A stretch of DNA of 64,000 nucleotides from Myxococcota bacterium. Lineage in GTDB: Bacteria > Myxococcota_A > UBA796 > SXON01. Both the position numbers and the translations under genes were made by a program. Position 1 is the stretch's first letter. Every line of letters starts with the position of its first letter. Shown here in pieces: positions 37,211-48,127 of the stretch. The notes below the pieces were generated by a model that searched no databases, had not been told where the DNA came from, and was given only the letters and a program-made list of their open reading frames with translations. The stretch is from NCBI GenBank assembly GCA_040386535.1, contig JAZKFH010000003.1:1-64000 (forward strand), written 5' to 3'.

Positions 37211-39043
37211 TCACTCGGACGGCACCTCGATCCAGAAACGCGCGCCTCCGCCCTCTGCGTCGGTGACACCCAACCGACCGCCGTGCGCCAAGGCCACCTC
37301 GCGCGCGATGTACAGGCCGAGGCCCACCCCCGCGCCCGCCTCCGCGGCACCTCGCACGAAGGGGTCGAAGATGCGGTCCCGCTCGGCCAGGGGCACGCCC
37401 GGTCCCGCGTCGTCCACTTCGAACCGCGGGCCGGCGGCCCCCCGCGCCGCGCGCAAGCACACTGTCGTGCCGGCGGGGGCGTGGCGGACCGCGTTGGTCG
37501 CGAGGTTGGTCAACGCGACCAACATCCGGGGCGGATCGACCGACACGGGCGAGAGCTCGGGTGACACACGCACCGCCAGCTCCACCCCAGCGGCGTCCGC
37601 GATGGCACGAACGGCATCCCGGACCTCTGTCAACAACGCGGCGGGCGACACGAGCTCCCGGTGCAACACCACCCTTCCCTCCTGGATCCGGGACAGATCC
37701 AACAGGTCCTCGACCAGGGCGCGGAGCCGCTGGACGTCCTCTCGCGCGGCCGCCAGGAACTCGCCGAGCTTGCCGCCGAGCGGCCCGCTCACCCGCTCGT
37801 CCAGCGCGAGGTGCAGCGCCATGCCGAGCGACGTGAGCGGCGTGCGCAGCTCGTGCGCCACGGTCTGGATGAGGTTGCCCTTGAGCTGGTCGAGGCGGCG
37901 GAGGCGGCTCACGTCCTGGAGCAGCACGGTGACCCCCACGAGCTCGCTGGTGACGGTGTCGTTGATGGGGGTGGCGTGGGGGAGCAGCGCGCGCTCGCCC
38001 TCCGGCGTGTCGATCACCACGACCCCCGAGAAGTCGGCCGGGATCACCGGCCGCCCCTGGGCCACGACGGCCAGCCGTGCACGCTCGACCGCCGCGTGAA
38101 GCTCCGGCTCCAAGCCGTCGAGGCGGCGCGTCCGCGTGTCGATCGCGAGCAGGCGCCGCGCCGCGCCGTTCGACGCCCGCAGCTCGCCGCGCAGGGTCAG
38201 GACCAGCACCGGATCCGCGAGGCTCTCGATCGCCGCCTGGGCGGATTCACGTGCCCGGGCGAGCTCGCTGTCACTCGCCTTCCTGTACAGGCGGAGCCGG
38301 CCCGCCATGGTGTTGAAGGCGTCGGCGAGCGTGTCGAGCTCCTGCACCCGTGTGTGGGGGAGGTGGATGTCGAGCTGCCCCTCGCCGACACGTTCGGCGC
38401 TCTCGGAGAGCGCCCGGAGCGGCACCGCGAGCCGATGGGACAACAGGCCGCCCAACGCGGCGGCGCCCGTCAAGCCCGCGAGCGCCCACACCAGCCAGGT
38501 CCGACGCGCGTCCAACGCGCTCGCGGCGGCCTCGTCGCCCTTGCGCACCATCGCGTCCTGGTTCAGCACCAGCACCCGGTCGGCGCCGTCCTTCACGTCC
38601 TCGAAGGCGGGCAGGAGGCGGTCGAAGTAGATCGCCCGGGCCGCTTCGGGGGGCGCCGCGCCGAAGGCCTCGTGCACCGCCTGAAATTGCGTCCAGGCGT
38701 CCCTCAGCGCCGCCGTCGACTCGGCCTCCCCGGGCTCGGTGACGTTCGCCTCCTGCACGACGAGCTCGGCTTCGAAGGCCGGTTCGTGTTCGGCGATCAG
38801 CACGTCCGCCCGCTCCGGGCTGCCCACGACTCGGAACAGGGCGGCGGAGTCGAGCCGCTCGATCGACTCCTTCATCCGCTCGGCGGCGAGCACGGAGCGA
38901 TAATTCTGCGCCAGGATCCGCTGGCCCTCGGCGCCGACGCGCTCCACGCTGCGCCCGCCCCACACCACCAGCGCGAGGATGACCAGGAGCGCCGGGAGCT
39001 GGGCGAACAGGATCCGGTAGTGGAGCCTCAATCCCCGTCCCAC
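37211..39043 (-). CDS. Sensor histidine kinase (periplasmic helical bundle, HAMP, PAS, HisKA, HATPase)
   Basis: AHELRTPL, NL..NAVRH, DAGPGV, IFDPF, GLGL. Confidence 0.95.
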   Translation of the reverse strand: MGRGLRLHYRILFAQLPALLVILALVVWGGRSVERVGAEGQRILAQNYRSVLAAERMKESIERLDSAALFRVVGSPERADVLIAEHEPAFEAELVVQEANVTEPGEAESTAALRDAWTQFQAVHEAFGAAPPEAARAIYFDRLLPAFEDVKDGADRVLVLNQDAMVRKGDEAAASALDARRTWLVWALAGLTGAAALGGLLSHRLAVPLRALSESAERVGEGQLDIHLPHTRVQELDTLADAFNTMAGRLRLYRKASDSELARARESAQAAIESLADPVLVLTLRGELRASNGAARRLLAIDTRTRRLDGLEPELHAAVERARLAVVAQGRPVIPADFSGVVVIDTPEGERALLPHATPINDTVTSELVGVTVLLQDVSRLRRLDQLKGNLIQTVAHELRTPLTSLGMALHLALDERVSGPLGGKLGEFLAAAREDVQRLRALVEDLLDLSRIQEGRVVLHRELVSPAALLTEVRDAVRAIADAAGVELAVRVSPELSPVSVDPPRMLVALTNLATNAVRHAPAGTTVCLRAARGAAGPRFEVDDAGPGVPLAERDRIFDPFVRGAAEAGAGVGLGLYIAREVALAHGGRLGVTDAEGGGARFWIEVPSE

Positions 39044-40362
39044 CGCTTGCGCTTGCGCCAGAGCGTGGCGGGGTCGATGCCGAGCACCCGCGCCGCCTCC
39101 TCCGGGCGGCCGTGCCGGGCGAGCACGCGGAGGATGTGCTCCCGCTCGATCGTCTCGAGGGGAACGTCGGCTCCCAGGACGGACGCGCCGTCGGACGGCG
39201 GGATCGCGCCCGGCAACAGCCGCGCGTCCAGCACGTTCCCCGTCGAGAGGATGACGGCGCGCTCTACGGCATTGCGGAGCTCGCGCAGGTTTCCCGGCCA
39301 GAGGTGCGCCAGGAGCCTCGGGAGCACGTCGTCGGCGAAGCGGAGCGCCGGGCCCTTCTGCGCCCGCGCGAAGTGGGCGAGGTAGCCTGTCGCGAGGCGC
39401 GGGATGTCTTCCTTGCGGTCGCGCAGGGGCGGCAACGTCAGCTCGATGACGTTGAGCCGGTAGAGGAGATCCTCCCGGAAGCGGCCCGCGCGCACCTCGT
39501 CCTCGAGCACCCGGTTGGTGGCCGCGAGGATGCGCACGTTCGCGGTCCGGGTCCGCGTGTCGCCCACCCGCTCGAACTGGTGATCCTGGAGGAACCGGAG
39601 GAGCCGCGCCTGCACGGCGGGGGAGATCTCCCCCACCTCGTCGAGGAACAGGGTCCCGCCCTCGGCGGCCTCCACGCGGCCCTGGGCGTCCTTCACCGCG
39701 CCCGTGAACGCCCCGCGCACGTGGCCGAACAGCTCCGCCGCGAGCAGCTCCTCGGAGAGCGTCGGGCAGTTGACGACCGCGAACGGCCCGCTCGCGCGGG
39801 GGCTGTGCGCGTGGATGAACCGCGCCAGCACGCCCTTTCCGGTGCCGCTCTCTCCGCGGAGCAGCACGGGGGCCTCGGCGCCCGCCACCCGGCGCGCCAG
39901 GTCGAGGACGCCCTGCATCACCGGGCTCTCTGTCGTGAAGTCGGCCTCCGGCACCTCGCGCAGGCGGTCTTCGAGCTCGGAGATGCGCTGCCGCAGGCCC
40001 CGTTCGCGCGCGATCTCGTCGAGAATCGCGCGGATCTGGTCCGGCTCGAAGGGCTTGGGGAGGTAGTCCCGGGCACCACGCCGCATCGCCTCCACCGCGG
40101 TGGGGATCGTCGCGAACGCCGTCATCAGCACGACCTGCAGATCGGGCGCGACGTCGAGCAGGCGCGGAAGCAGATCCAGCCCGGAGACCGTGCCGAGCTT
40201 CAGATCGAGCAACGCAACGTCGAACGTGTGCGCGCGGAGCGCCGCGAGGGCCTCGGGCGCGGTGGCCGCGGCCTGGGATCGGTGGCCCATGGATTGGACG
40301 AGCGCGGGGAGCGTAAGCCGGATGTTGCGTTCGTCGTCGATGACCAGGACTCGCAGGGACAT
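39028..40362 (-). CDS. Sigma54-dependent response regulator (NtrC family)
   Basis: REC domain; [29 protein letters not shown]; Fis-type HTH. Confidence 0.96.
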   Translation of the reverse strand: MSLRVLVIDDERNIRLTLPALVQSMGHRSQAAATAPEALAALRAHTFDVALLDLKLGTVSGLDLLPRLLDVAPDLQVVLMTAFATIPTAVEAMRRGARDYLPKPFEPDQIRAILDEIARERGLRQRISELEDRLREVPEADFTTESPVMQGVLDLARRVAGAEAPVLLRGESGTGKGVLARFIHAHSPRASGPFAVVNCPTLSEELLAAELFGHVRGAFTGAVKDAQGRVEAAEGGTLFLDEVGEISPAVQARLLRFLQDHQFERVGDTRTRTANVRILAATNRVLEDEVRAGRFREDLLYRLNVIELTLPPLRDRKEDIPRLATGYLAHFARAQKGPALRFADDVLPRLLAHLWPGNLRELRNAVERAVILSTGNVLDARLLPGAIPPSDGASVLGADVPLETIEREHILRVLARHGRPEEAARVLGIDPATLWRKRKRWDGD

Positions 40363-40414
40363 CCCGGACTCATAGCCCGAGCAGGGCCGGTAAGATCCGT
40401 GTAATCTCCCCGCC

Positions 40415-41695
40415 ATGAAGCCCGTGCTGCCCGTCCTGGCCCTCCTGTTCGTCGGCTGCGACTCGTCCATCATCCGCACCGTCTCGGACACCGGCGGCCA
40501 GGGTGATCTCGACACCGACCCCGAGACCGAGACCGACTCGGTCGAGATCATCGACGGCAACGGGGACACCGGCGACACCGAGCCCGAGGAGCAGGACGAC
40601 GACGCGATCTACGCCGCCTTCTTCGACCCCACCGTCATCCAGACGGTCGACATCGTGTTGTCCGACCGTGCCATCCGCCAGCTGAATTGGGGCACCGAAG
40701 GCTACGTGCAGGGGGACGCGACGATCAACGGCGTCTTCTTCCCCGACATCGGGGTGCGGCTGAAGGGATCGAGCACCTACCAGGATCTCGACTGCGACGA
40801 TGGCGTCTGCAAGGCGGCGTTCAAGCTCAAGCTCAACGAGTTCGTCGTCGACCAACGCTACGGGGACCTCGAGCGCATCACGCTCAACAACATGTCCTCG
40901 GACTACACCCAATCGAAGGAGGTCATCGTGTACGACCTCCTCAACCGCCAGACCCAGCTCGCGTCGCGTTGCAGCTACGCCCGGGTGACGCTCAACGGCG
41001 AGGCGTGGGGGCTGTACGCCAACCTCGAGAGCGCCGACGATCGCTGGGTGCGGCGCCGCTTCCCCGACGCGACGGGCAACCTCTGGGGCACCGCGAACTA
41101 CTACGGCGACTTCTACTCGCAGTATCTCGACACCGGATGGGTCTCCAAGAGCGGCGACGGCAGCACGGCAACCCTCGAGGCCATCACCGCGGCGCTCGAC
41201 ACCTACCAGGGGGACTTCTTCGGTGAGCTCGGCCCGCTCGTCAACGTCGACCAATGGCTCGAGTATTGGGCGTGGTGCGTCGCGACCGGAAATTACGACG
41301 GGTACCCCTTCACCCTGAACGACGTGCTCATCTACGCGAATCCGGCTGACGGCAACCGCATCAACTTCGCGCCCTGGGGCACCGACGAGTCGTGGGACGA
41401 GTACGAGTACTCCGGCCGCACCTGGAACGTCATCGGGGGCCGCCTCGGCGCCGCGTGCCTGTACGACGAGGCCTGCGTGACCGAGCTCAAGACCCGCATC
41501 GGCGAGGCGGTGGACGCATACGACGCGATCGACGTGGCGGGCATCGCCCAGGCCGCCTGGGACCTCTCCGAGGAGGACGTTGCGACCGATCCCAAGCGCG
41601 CGTTCGCGCCCGCCGACGTTTGGTACTACCGGGACTACTACGAGGGCGTGATGCCCGGCTACGGCGACTACGTGCGGCGCACGGTCGGGATCTGA
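40415..41695 (+). CDS. CotH kinase family lipoprotein
   Basis: LFVGC lipobox; GVRLKG.ST, LERITLNN, GLY.N.E, NYDGY. Confidence 0.87.
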   Translation: MKPVLPVLALLFVGCDSSIIRTVSDTGGQGDLDTDPETETDSVEIIDGNGDTGDTEPEEQDDDAIYAAFFDPTVIQTVDIVLSDRAIRQLNWGTEGYVQGDATINGVFFPDIGVRLKGSSTYQDLDCDDGVCKAAFKLKLNEFVVDQRYGDLERITLNNMSSDYTQSKEVIVYDLLNRQTQLASRCSYARVTLNGEAWGLYANLESADDRWVRRRFPDATGNLWGTANYYGDFYSQYLDTGWVSKSGDGSTATLEAITAALDTYQGDFFGELGPLVNVDQWLEYWAWCVATGNYDGYPFTLNDVLIYANPADGNRINFAPWGTDESWDEYEYSGRTWNVIGGRLGAACLYDEACVTELKTRIGEAVDAYDAIDVAGIAQAAWDLSEEDVATDPKRAFAPADVWYYRDYYEGVMPGYGDYVRRTVGI

Positions 41696-41796
41696 AGGGC
41701 GCACGGGCGCGGCGCCCCGCACGAAATCTCGGACGAACTTGGGGCCGAGGCTCGCCGGTGGTCCTCTTCATTCCTACCTCCTCTCCGGGAGGTGCC

Positions 41797-42195
41797 ATGG
41801 CGGAAGAACGAGTCGGCGGAGCGAAGAGCAAGGGCAAGGCGGAGGGGGTCAAGGCCGACAAGGCGACGAAGACGGCCGCCCCGAAGGCCGCTGCCGGGGC
41901 CCGGAAGGCCACGGGGACGAAGACCGCGAAGGACGCGGACGGTGGCCCGGTGCGTGGTGGGCTGGCCCAGACGGTGACGCCCGACGCGGCGCTGGCGAAG
42001 GTTATCGGGGGAGACCCGGCGACACGCGCCGAGATCACCAAGCGCATCTGGGAGTACGTCCGAAAGAACGCGCTCCAGGACAAGAAGGACGGGCGTGTCA
42101 TCCACGCGGACGAGCAGCTCAAGCCGGTGTTCGGCGGCAAGGAGCAGGTCACCATGTTCGAGATGACGAAGCTGGTCAACCAACACGTGGCGTAG
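41797..42195 (+). CDS. SWIB/MDM2 domain protein with Lys/Ala-rich N-terminus
   Basis: PDAALAKVIG, RAEITKRIWEYVRKNALQD, MFEMTKLVNQH; GGAGG RBS. Confidence 0.92.
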   Translation: MAEERVGGAKSKGKAEGVKADKATKTAAPKAAAGARKATGTKTAKDADGGPVRGGLAQTVTPDAALAKVIGGDPATRAEITKRIWEYVRKNALQDKKDGRVIHADEQLKPVFGGKEQVTMFEMTKLVNQHVA

Positions 42196-42246
42196 CCACG
42201 CCAGGGCGGCGGCGGTCGAGGCGGCGGCGCTTCGACCCGCCGCCGA

Positions 42247-44229
42247 TCAGGGGCACTCGACGTCGGTGTAGTCGTCCTCGTTGTTCGACTCGTCGCACTC
42301 GTCGATGGCGCCCACGCCGGTGCCATCGTCGTCGATCACGGCGAGGAAGCCGTCGCGGCCCACGTCCTCCGGGAGCACCTCGAACGTGACCCCTGCGAGC
42401 TTGCGGCCCGGCGCGATCGCCGGGAGGACCTTGGTGCCGATGAGGCGATCCGGGCGGTCGTTCGCGTACAGGGAGACGACGGCGCCCGGATCCACGCCCA
42501 TGCCACCCTGGTTGGAGACCTGGACCGACACCTGCACGGGGCCGAACTCGCAGTCCGCGAGGCACACGTCGGTGATCGTGGCGACCAGGTCGGGGGTGCC
42601 CGGCTCGTCGGAGGCGACGCGCGCACGGTACACGTTGAACTCGGTCCAGTACGGATCGGGCGAGGCGGGCACGCTGCCGTCGGGGAGCACGTTGGTCATG
42701 GCGAAGTCGTGCACCGCCCAGGTGCTGCCGGCGGCCGGCCAGCCGTCCCCGGCGTGCTCGATCACCTTGAGCACGCCCCAGGGCGCGCCGTAGTTGCTCA
42801 CGAAGAGGATCTCGGCGTGCTCGTCGTCATCGATGTCGGCCACCGTGGGGTACTCGAACACCGTGCCGGAGCGATGCTGGCGCTCGGTGTAGCGCTCCGC
42901 GCCCGTCGCGCCGTCGAAGATGGTGAGCGAGTCCTCGTCGGCGAACAACACCTCGAGCGCGCCGTCCCCGTCGACATCCCAGCCCGAGCATCCGGCCAAC
43001 CCGGACGTGTCGTTCATGGGTACGGACCAGACCGGCGTGCCGTCGATCTCGTACATCACGAGCGTCTGGTAGGCGGGCCACGCCACCTCGGTCTCGCCGT
43101 CGCCGTCGAAGTCGCCCGCGCAGGGGGGCCCGGGCTGGGCGCTGCTCCCGTAGCGGACGCTGTAGAGCTGCGTGCCGTCGTCATCCCAGAGCGACCAGTT
43201 CTCGCCGACGAAGCCGATCTCGGCCTCGGGATCGGAGTCGGCCTGCAGGACGATGGGCCAGAAGCCGTAGGTACCGCGCTCGCGCGTGGTCCAGAGCGTG
43301 GAGCCGTCGCTGTCGTAGGCGGTGCCGGCCAGGAAGATCTCCTGGTCGCCGTCGAGGTCCATGTCGGCGACCGCGGCGATGCGGTACGGGTTCGACACGC
43401 TCGCGTTCAGGCTGAAGGCGACGGACCCGTCCTCCCCGTTGAGGATGAGATCGTCCGCGATGACCTCGGGGTTGCCGTCCCCGTCGAGGTCGGCCACGCT
43501 CACGAGCGGGTAGCTGGTCGACGACGGCGCGCGCGGCGCCTGCCACTTGCGCGTGCCATCGCCTTCGAGCGCGACGGGCCGGCCGGAGGCGTCGTAGCCC
43601 ACCACGTCGGGGAAGCCGTCCGAGTCGATGTCGGCGATGAGCACGCCGCCCGACATGCTCGCGTTCGGGTAGGACCACTTCTCGATGCCGGTCGCGCCGT
43701 CGATCGCGACGATGTAGCCGCGCGCGCCGAACGCCACGATGACCACCTCGGGAGAGTCGTCCGCGTCGATGTCGCCGTCCCCGTCATCATCGTCGAGATT
43801 GCCGATCACCGGCTGCGCGTACGAGTTCACCGCGGTCGCGTCGGCCGCGGGCGCGCTGAACGTCCACTTGGTGCGCACGTTCCAGGGGTCGGTCACCGTG
43901 CCGCTTCCGCCGCCCGACGTGCCCGTACACTCCTCGACGATGGCGATGTCACCGGCCACGCCGGCGTCGAGCTCCGGGCACACGCTGTCGAGGCAGTCCG
44001 CGCGGCCGTTCCCGTCGGCATCGACGAAGCCCTCGTCGATCTGCCCGTCCCCGTCGTCGTCCACGCCGTTGCAGGCCTCGTCGACCTCGCCGTCGCCATC
44101 CTCGTCGATGGGCGGCTCGTCGGTGCCGCCGGTGTCGGTCCCCGCGCGGTCGTCCTTCACGGTGAACTCGTTGTCGACCGCGCAGGCGACCAGGAAGAAA
44201 AGGGGCACCAGCGGTACGAGACAACGCAT
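42247..44229 (-). CDS. FG-GAP/VCBS repeat lipoprotein with a CNGVDDDGDG motif and C-terminal CARDB-like domain
   Basis: LVAC lipobox; repeated ADxDxDG motifs; VSNQG...DECDESNN. Confidence 0.87.
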   Translation of the reverse strand: MRCLVPLVPLFFLVACAVDNEFTVKDDRAGTDTGGTDEPPIDEDGDGEVDEACNGVDDDGDGQIDEGFVDADGNGRADCLDSVCPELDAGVAGDIAIVEECTGTSGGGSGTVTDPWNVRTKWTFSAPAADATAVNSYAQPVIGNLDDDDGDGDIDADDSPEVVIVAFGARGYIVAIDGATGIEKWSYPNASMSGGVLIADIDSDGFPDVVGYDASGRPVALEGDGTRKWQAPRAPSSTSYPLVSVADLDGDGNPEVIADDLILNGEDGSVAFSLNASVSNPYRIAAVADMDLDGDQEIFLAGTAYDSDGSTLWTTRERGTYGFWPIVLQADSDPEAEIGFVGENWSLWDDDGTQLYSVRYGSSAQPGPPCAGDFDGDGETEVAWPAYQTLVMYEIDGTPVWSVPMNDTSGLAGCSGWDVDGDGALEVLFADEDSLTIFDGATGAERYTERQHRSGTVFEYPTVADIDDDEHAEILFVSNYGAPWGVLKVIEHAGDGWPAAGSTWAVHDFAMTNVLPDGSVPASPDPYWTEFNVYRARVASDEPGTPDLVATITDVCLADCEFGPVQVSVQVSNQGGMGVDPGAVVSLYANDRPDRLIGTKVLPAIAPGRKLAGVTFEVLPEDVGRDGFLAVIDDDGTGVGAIDECDESNNEDDYTDVECP

Positions 44230-44387
44230 GAAGACTCCGGTGCCCGTGGTCGGGCTTGGGGTCGGGAGAGTAGCACACGATCCCGTGACCGTCGGGACCG
44301 AAAGGGACGGGCGAACGGCGGAGATCCACCTTCTCCTCGCCTGGTCCGGTCGGCCGACGCCGGGGAGCATGATACGTTGGAGGCGAC

Positions 44388-46385
44388 ATGTTGACCAACG
44401 GAACCCTGCTCGAGGACCGCTACCTCGTGCTCGATCACATCGGTACCGGCACGTTCGCACGCAGGTATCGGGCGCGGCACGTGACCCTCCAGACCAGCCA
44501 CGTGCTCCAGGTGCTCGAGCCCCCGTATGCGGACGCGGCAGAGGTCCGGGCGCGTTTTGTCGCCGAGGGGCGCATCCAGGCCGGCCTCCGGCATCCCCAC
44601 CTCGTCGCCGTCACCGACGTGCTGACCACGCCCGTCGCCGCCGTCGTGACGGACGTTGTCGCGGGCCCGACGTTGCGGGCGCACCTCACCGCGCTCGCCC
44701 GCCCCCTCGACCACGCGGAGATGCTGGCCCTCGTGCTCCCCGTGCTCGACGCGGTGGCCGCGGCGCACGCGGCCGGCATCGTCCACCGCGCCCTCGCGCC
44801 CGAGCACGTGATCCTCGCCACCGACGCGCAGGGCCGCCCGTGCCCGATGGTGACGGACTTCGGCCTCGCCCGCGTGCTCGAAGGCACCACGCCGACCACC
44901 GCCCATCGCCACGCGGACCTCGCGCGGGAGGCGGGCCTGCTCCAGTACCGCAGCCCCGAGCAGGTGCGCGGAGACGACGACGTGGGCCCCGCCACCGACA
45001 TCTACGCGCTCGGAGTGATGGTCTACGAGCAGCTCACGGGACAGCTGCCGTACGAATCCGGCGGTGAATCTGCGGACGCCTTCGACACGCGGCGCGACAT
45101 CCTCTCCGGCACGTGGTGGCCGCCCGAGATGCTCGTGCCAGACCTTGCGCCCGAAGTCGGGGCGCTGCTGCGCCGCGCGCTCGCGCTCTCCCCCGAAGCC
45201 CGCTTCCGCGACTGCGCGTCGTTGCGTACCGCGCTGGTGGAGGCCGGCGGGGCGCCGGTCGTCGAAGCGCCGGTCGTCGAAGCCGCCGTCCCGGACGACG
45301 ACGTGACCGATCCGGGACGGCCCGCGCGCCCCGTCGTGTCCCCTGCCCCGGTGGTCCCCTCCCTACCGCCCGTGCCTCCGGTCGCGGCCCCCAAGGTGGA
45401 CCCCCCGGTGTCGGCGCGCCCGCCACCCGCCGCCCGTTCCCCCTTCCCCGTCGCGCTCCTCGCCGTGGGTGCGCTCGGGCTCGTGGCCGCCGCCGCCCTC
45501 GCGTACGTCCTCTGGCCGGCGCCCCCATCCGTGTCAGCCGACCCCGTGGCAGCCGGCTCAGCCGCGACCAGCCCCGTCGCGAGCACCGGCGAATCCGTCG
45601 CGGCCATCCCCTCCGCGCCCGCGGCGGACCTCGCGGTCCGGTACCCCATGGTGCTCCTCGCGCCCCGCCGCTTCACGATGGGCGCGGATCCGTCGGAGCC
45701 GGGCCGCTGGAAGGACGAGATCGCCCACCCCGTCCAGCTCACCCGCTCCGTGCTCGTCGGGGCGCACGAGGTCGACCAGGCGTTGTGGGCCGAGCTGATG
45801 GGCACGAACCCGAGCGCCCAGGCCGCGCCCACCCACCCGGTCGGGGGCGTGTCCTGGCGGGACGCCGTCGAGTTCTGCAACCGCCTCTCCCAACGCGAGG
45901 GGCTCGTGCCCGCCTACGTCGTGGGGGCAAGCGTCACGTGGGAGCCGGGCGCCGACGGCTTCCGCCTCCCGACCGAGGCCGAGTGGGAGGCCGCCGCGCG
46001 CGCGGGCGCCGCGGATCCGTTCGCCGGTGCCGGTGGCGCGGGCCCCAAGCGCCTCGCGGACGTGGCGTGGTACGACCAGAACGCGGGGGGCGCCACCCAC
46101 CCGGTCGGCGCACTCGCGGCCAACCATCTCGGCCTGTTCGACATGAGCGGCAACGTGAGCGAGTGGACCTGGGATTGGTACGGCGACTATCCGGTCGACG
46201 TGGCGGTCGATCCGGCGGGGCCGGACCGCGGCGAGTCCCGCGTGCACCGGGGCGGCAGCTGGGATGCAGCCGAGCGCACCCAACGCGTCGCGTATCGGCG
46301 GGCCGCGCTCCCCGAGACGCGCAGCCCGAGCATCGGCCTGCGCGTGGTCCGCACGGTCAGCCGGGAAGCACCAGCTGATCGTTGA
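44388..46385 (+). CDS. Ser/Thr kinase-like (probable pseudokinase) - TM - FGE/SUMF1 domain fusion
   Basis: Kinase fold with DFG and SPEQ but no VAIK Lys or HRD Asp; FRLPTEAEWE, GLFDMSGNVSEW, RGGSW. Confidence 0.9.
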   Translation: MLTNGTLLEDRYLVLDHIGTGTFARRYRARHVTLQTSHVLQVLEPPYADAAEVRARFVAEGRIQAGLRHPHLVAVTDVLTTPVAAVVTDVVAGPTLRAHLTALARPLDHAEMLALVLPVLDAVAAAHAAGIVHRALAPEHVILATDAQGRPCPMVTDFGLARVLEGTTPTTAHRHADLAREAGLLQYRSPEQVRGDDDVGPATDIYALGVMVYEQLTGQLPYESGGESADAFDTRRDILSGTWWPPEMLVPDLAPEVGALLRRALALSPEARFRDCASLRTALVEAGGAPVVEAPVVEAAVPDDDVTDPGRPARPVVSPAPVVPSLPPVPPVAAPKVDPPVSARPPPAARSPFPVALLAVGALGLVAAAALAYVLWPAPPSVSADPVAAGSAATSPVASTGESVAAIPSAPAADLAVRYPMVLLAPRRFTMGADPSEPGRWKDEIAHPVQLTRSVLVGAHEVDQALWAELMGTNPSAQAAPTHPVGGVSWRDAVEFCNRLSQREGLVPAYVVGASVTWEPGADGFRLPTEAEWEAAARAGAADPFAGAGGAGPKRLADVAWYDQNAGGATHPVGALAANHLGLFDMSGNVSEWTWDWYGDYPVDVAVDPAGPDRGESRVHRGGSWDAAERTQRVAYRRAALPETRSPSIGLRVVRTVSREAPADR

Positions 46386-47505
46386 CCTCGATCAGGTTCG
46401 GGTTGGGAAAGCGTGACTTGTTGAGCGTCCAGATCTCCTTCCACCGGTCGGCGCCTCCCAACTCCCGCACGGCGATCGCGCTCAACGTGTCACCCTTGCG
46501 GACGACGTAGAGGCGGCCTTGATCGGTGGGCGCCTCGCGCTTGTCCCCGCCGGAGAGCCAGGCGCGCACGGCCCCCGCGTAGTCGTCGGACGCGCGGAAG
46601 CGGGACAGGCCCACGTTGACCGCCGCGAGGAGCTCCGGCTCCCCCGCGCGCACGCCCGCCGCGTAAGTCGACTCCGTCAGGTTGTATTGGGTGATGCGGA
46701 GCGCCCCCTTGTTCTTCCGGCTCTCCGCGGACCACTCGGCCAGCTCCGCGACCGCATACGGGTAGTCGTAGATGAACGCCGCGAACGTCCCGTCGCGCAG
46801 CGCGTCCCAATACCCGTCCTCCATCCGCGTGAGGCCCGTGTACCCCTTCACCATCCCTGCCACGGCCTCGGCCGCGGCGTCATCGTCGAAGATGCCGATG
46901 TCCTTTCCCCAGAGGTCCGCCACGGTCCGCACCGAAGACTTCGCGGGTACCACGAGGCAAAGGCCGAAGTCGAGGTACCCCTCCGACCACGCGATGCCCG
47001 GTTGGGGCGCCGGGGTGTACCCGGACACGATGATGTCGAACTGTTGCTTGTCGACCAGGAGCTCCGGCAGCTCCGAATACTTGCCATGGACCACGCGGAC
47101 GTTGGGGACGCCCACCGCTGTCGCCACCCACCGGGCCACCTGGTAGTCGAACCCATCGGGCTTGCCGGCGGCGTCGGGCACGAACATGGGCGGCGTGCCG
47201 ACGCCCGCGGGCTCCCCCGTGTCCATCCCGACCAGGAGCTCGCCGCGGCGCCGGATCCGCTCGATCGCGGGGCCGGACAGCGCCTCGGCCGCGGTGGCGC
47301 CGGGGAGGCTCGGGGCCGGGGCGGAAGCCTCTACCGGGGGCGAAGGGGTGGCTTCGACGGCGGGTTCGCCTGCCGCGCCCGTAGGGCCGGGGGGAGACAC
47401 CCCGAGCTCCGCGCAGGCGACCAGGGCAAGGAGCGGCGCGAGGAGCGGCGCGAAGCGCGTCGGGAACGAGGCGGCGCTGTGAACCGAGGAGCCTGGGATG
47501 TACAT
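46357..47505 (-). CDS. Family 3 solute-binding protein fused to C-terminal LysM; lipoprotein
   Basis: LVAC lipobox; PDGFDYQVA; YVVRKGDTLSAIA...NPNLI; start uncertain. Confidence 0.85.
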   Translation of the reverse strand: MYIPGSSVHSAASFPTRFAPLLAPLLALVACAELGVSPPGPTGAAGEPAVEATPSPPVEASAPAPSLPGATAAEALSGPAIERIRRRGELLVGMDTGEPAGVGTPPMFVPDAAGKPDGFDYQVARWVATAVGVPNVRVVHGKYSELPELLVDKQQFDIIVSGYTPAPQPGIAWSEGYLDFGLCLVVPAKSSVRTVADLWGKDIGIFDDDAAAEAVAGMVKGYTGLTRMEDGYWDALRDGTFAAFIYDYPYAVAELAEWSAESRKNKGALRITQYNLTESTYAAGVRAGEPELLAAVNVGLSRFRASDDYAGAVRAWLSGGDKREAPTDQGRLYVVRKGDTLSAIAVRELGGADRWKEIWTLNKSRFPNPNLIEVNDQLVLPG

Positions 47506-47712
47506 GGATGGTTCCGGGGTGCTCGCGGCGAGTATCGCACGAACCCTTGCGCGACGGCGGTGCATGCCGACCGCGAACGCGAGGGGCGCACGAAGGCGCC
47601 ACCACAAACGGGTCCGTATCACGATGCGTCGCGACGGATACCCGTCATTCGTACAGGTTTTTCGGATTCCTGACTCCCCGATCCCGGCAGATGCGGGTTA
47701 TCGGCCTGGGCC

Positions 47713-47949
47713 ATGATTCGAACCAGCTTCAACCTGCCTGTTTCTCACGTTACCGGGCAGATCCGGAACGTCGTCCTCCACCTCGCCGAGAGCGCCTTCG
47801 TGGGCGCGGGCGCGGGCCTCCAACGCGGGGCGGCGCTCGGGGTCGCCACCGGGATGGCCCTCGTCACGGCGTTGGCGCCCCGAGGCGTGTCGAACAACTC
47901 CTGCCCCGACCTGTCGTGCGCGGTGACCGGGCGAAAACTCCGCGGCTGA
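47713..47949 (+). CDS. Small hypothetical protein
   Basis: 78-aa ORF with a Gly/Ala hydrophobic stretch in an otherwise empty gap. Confidence 0.45.
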   Translation: MIRTSFNLPVSHVTGQIRNVVLHLAESAFVGAGAGLQRGAALGVATGMALVTALAPRGVSNNSCPDLSCAVTGRKLRG

Positions 47950-48127
47950 GCGCGCGTCGAGCGGGCATCCAGCGGACGGCCCACTGACAACGCGCGACCC
48001 CGCGATCACCCGCACCCCGAGCGCATCGTCCGGTGCCACGTGGCGGTGTGCGAGGCAACGGCTGGGCATCTCGTTACTTCCGCGCCGCCCCCGGGTCTCT
48101 ACCTCCAGGGAACGACGTTGGAGAGAG

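Noticed and set aside
41392..41796. N-terminal extension of the SWIB protein
   Set aside because: Overlaps the CotH gene out of frame; RBS-supported ATG is at 41797
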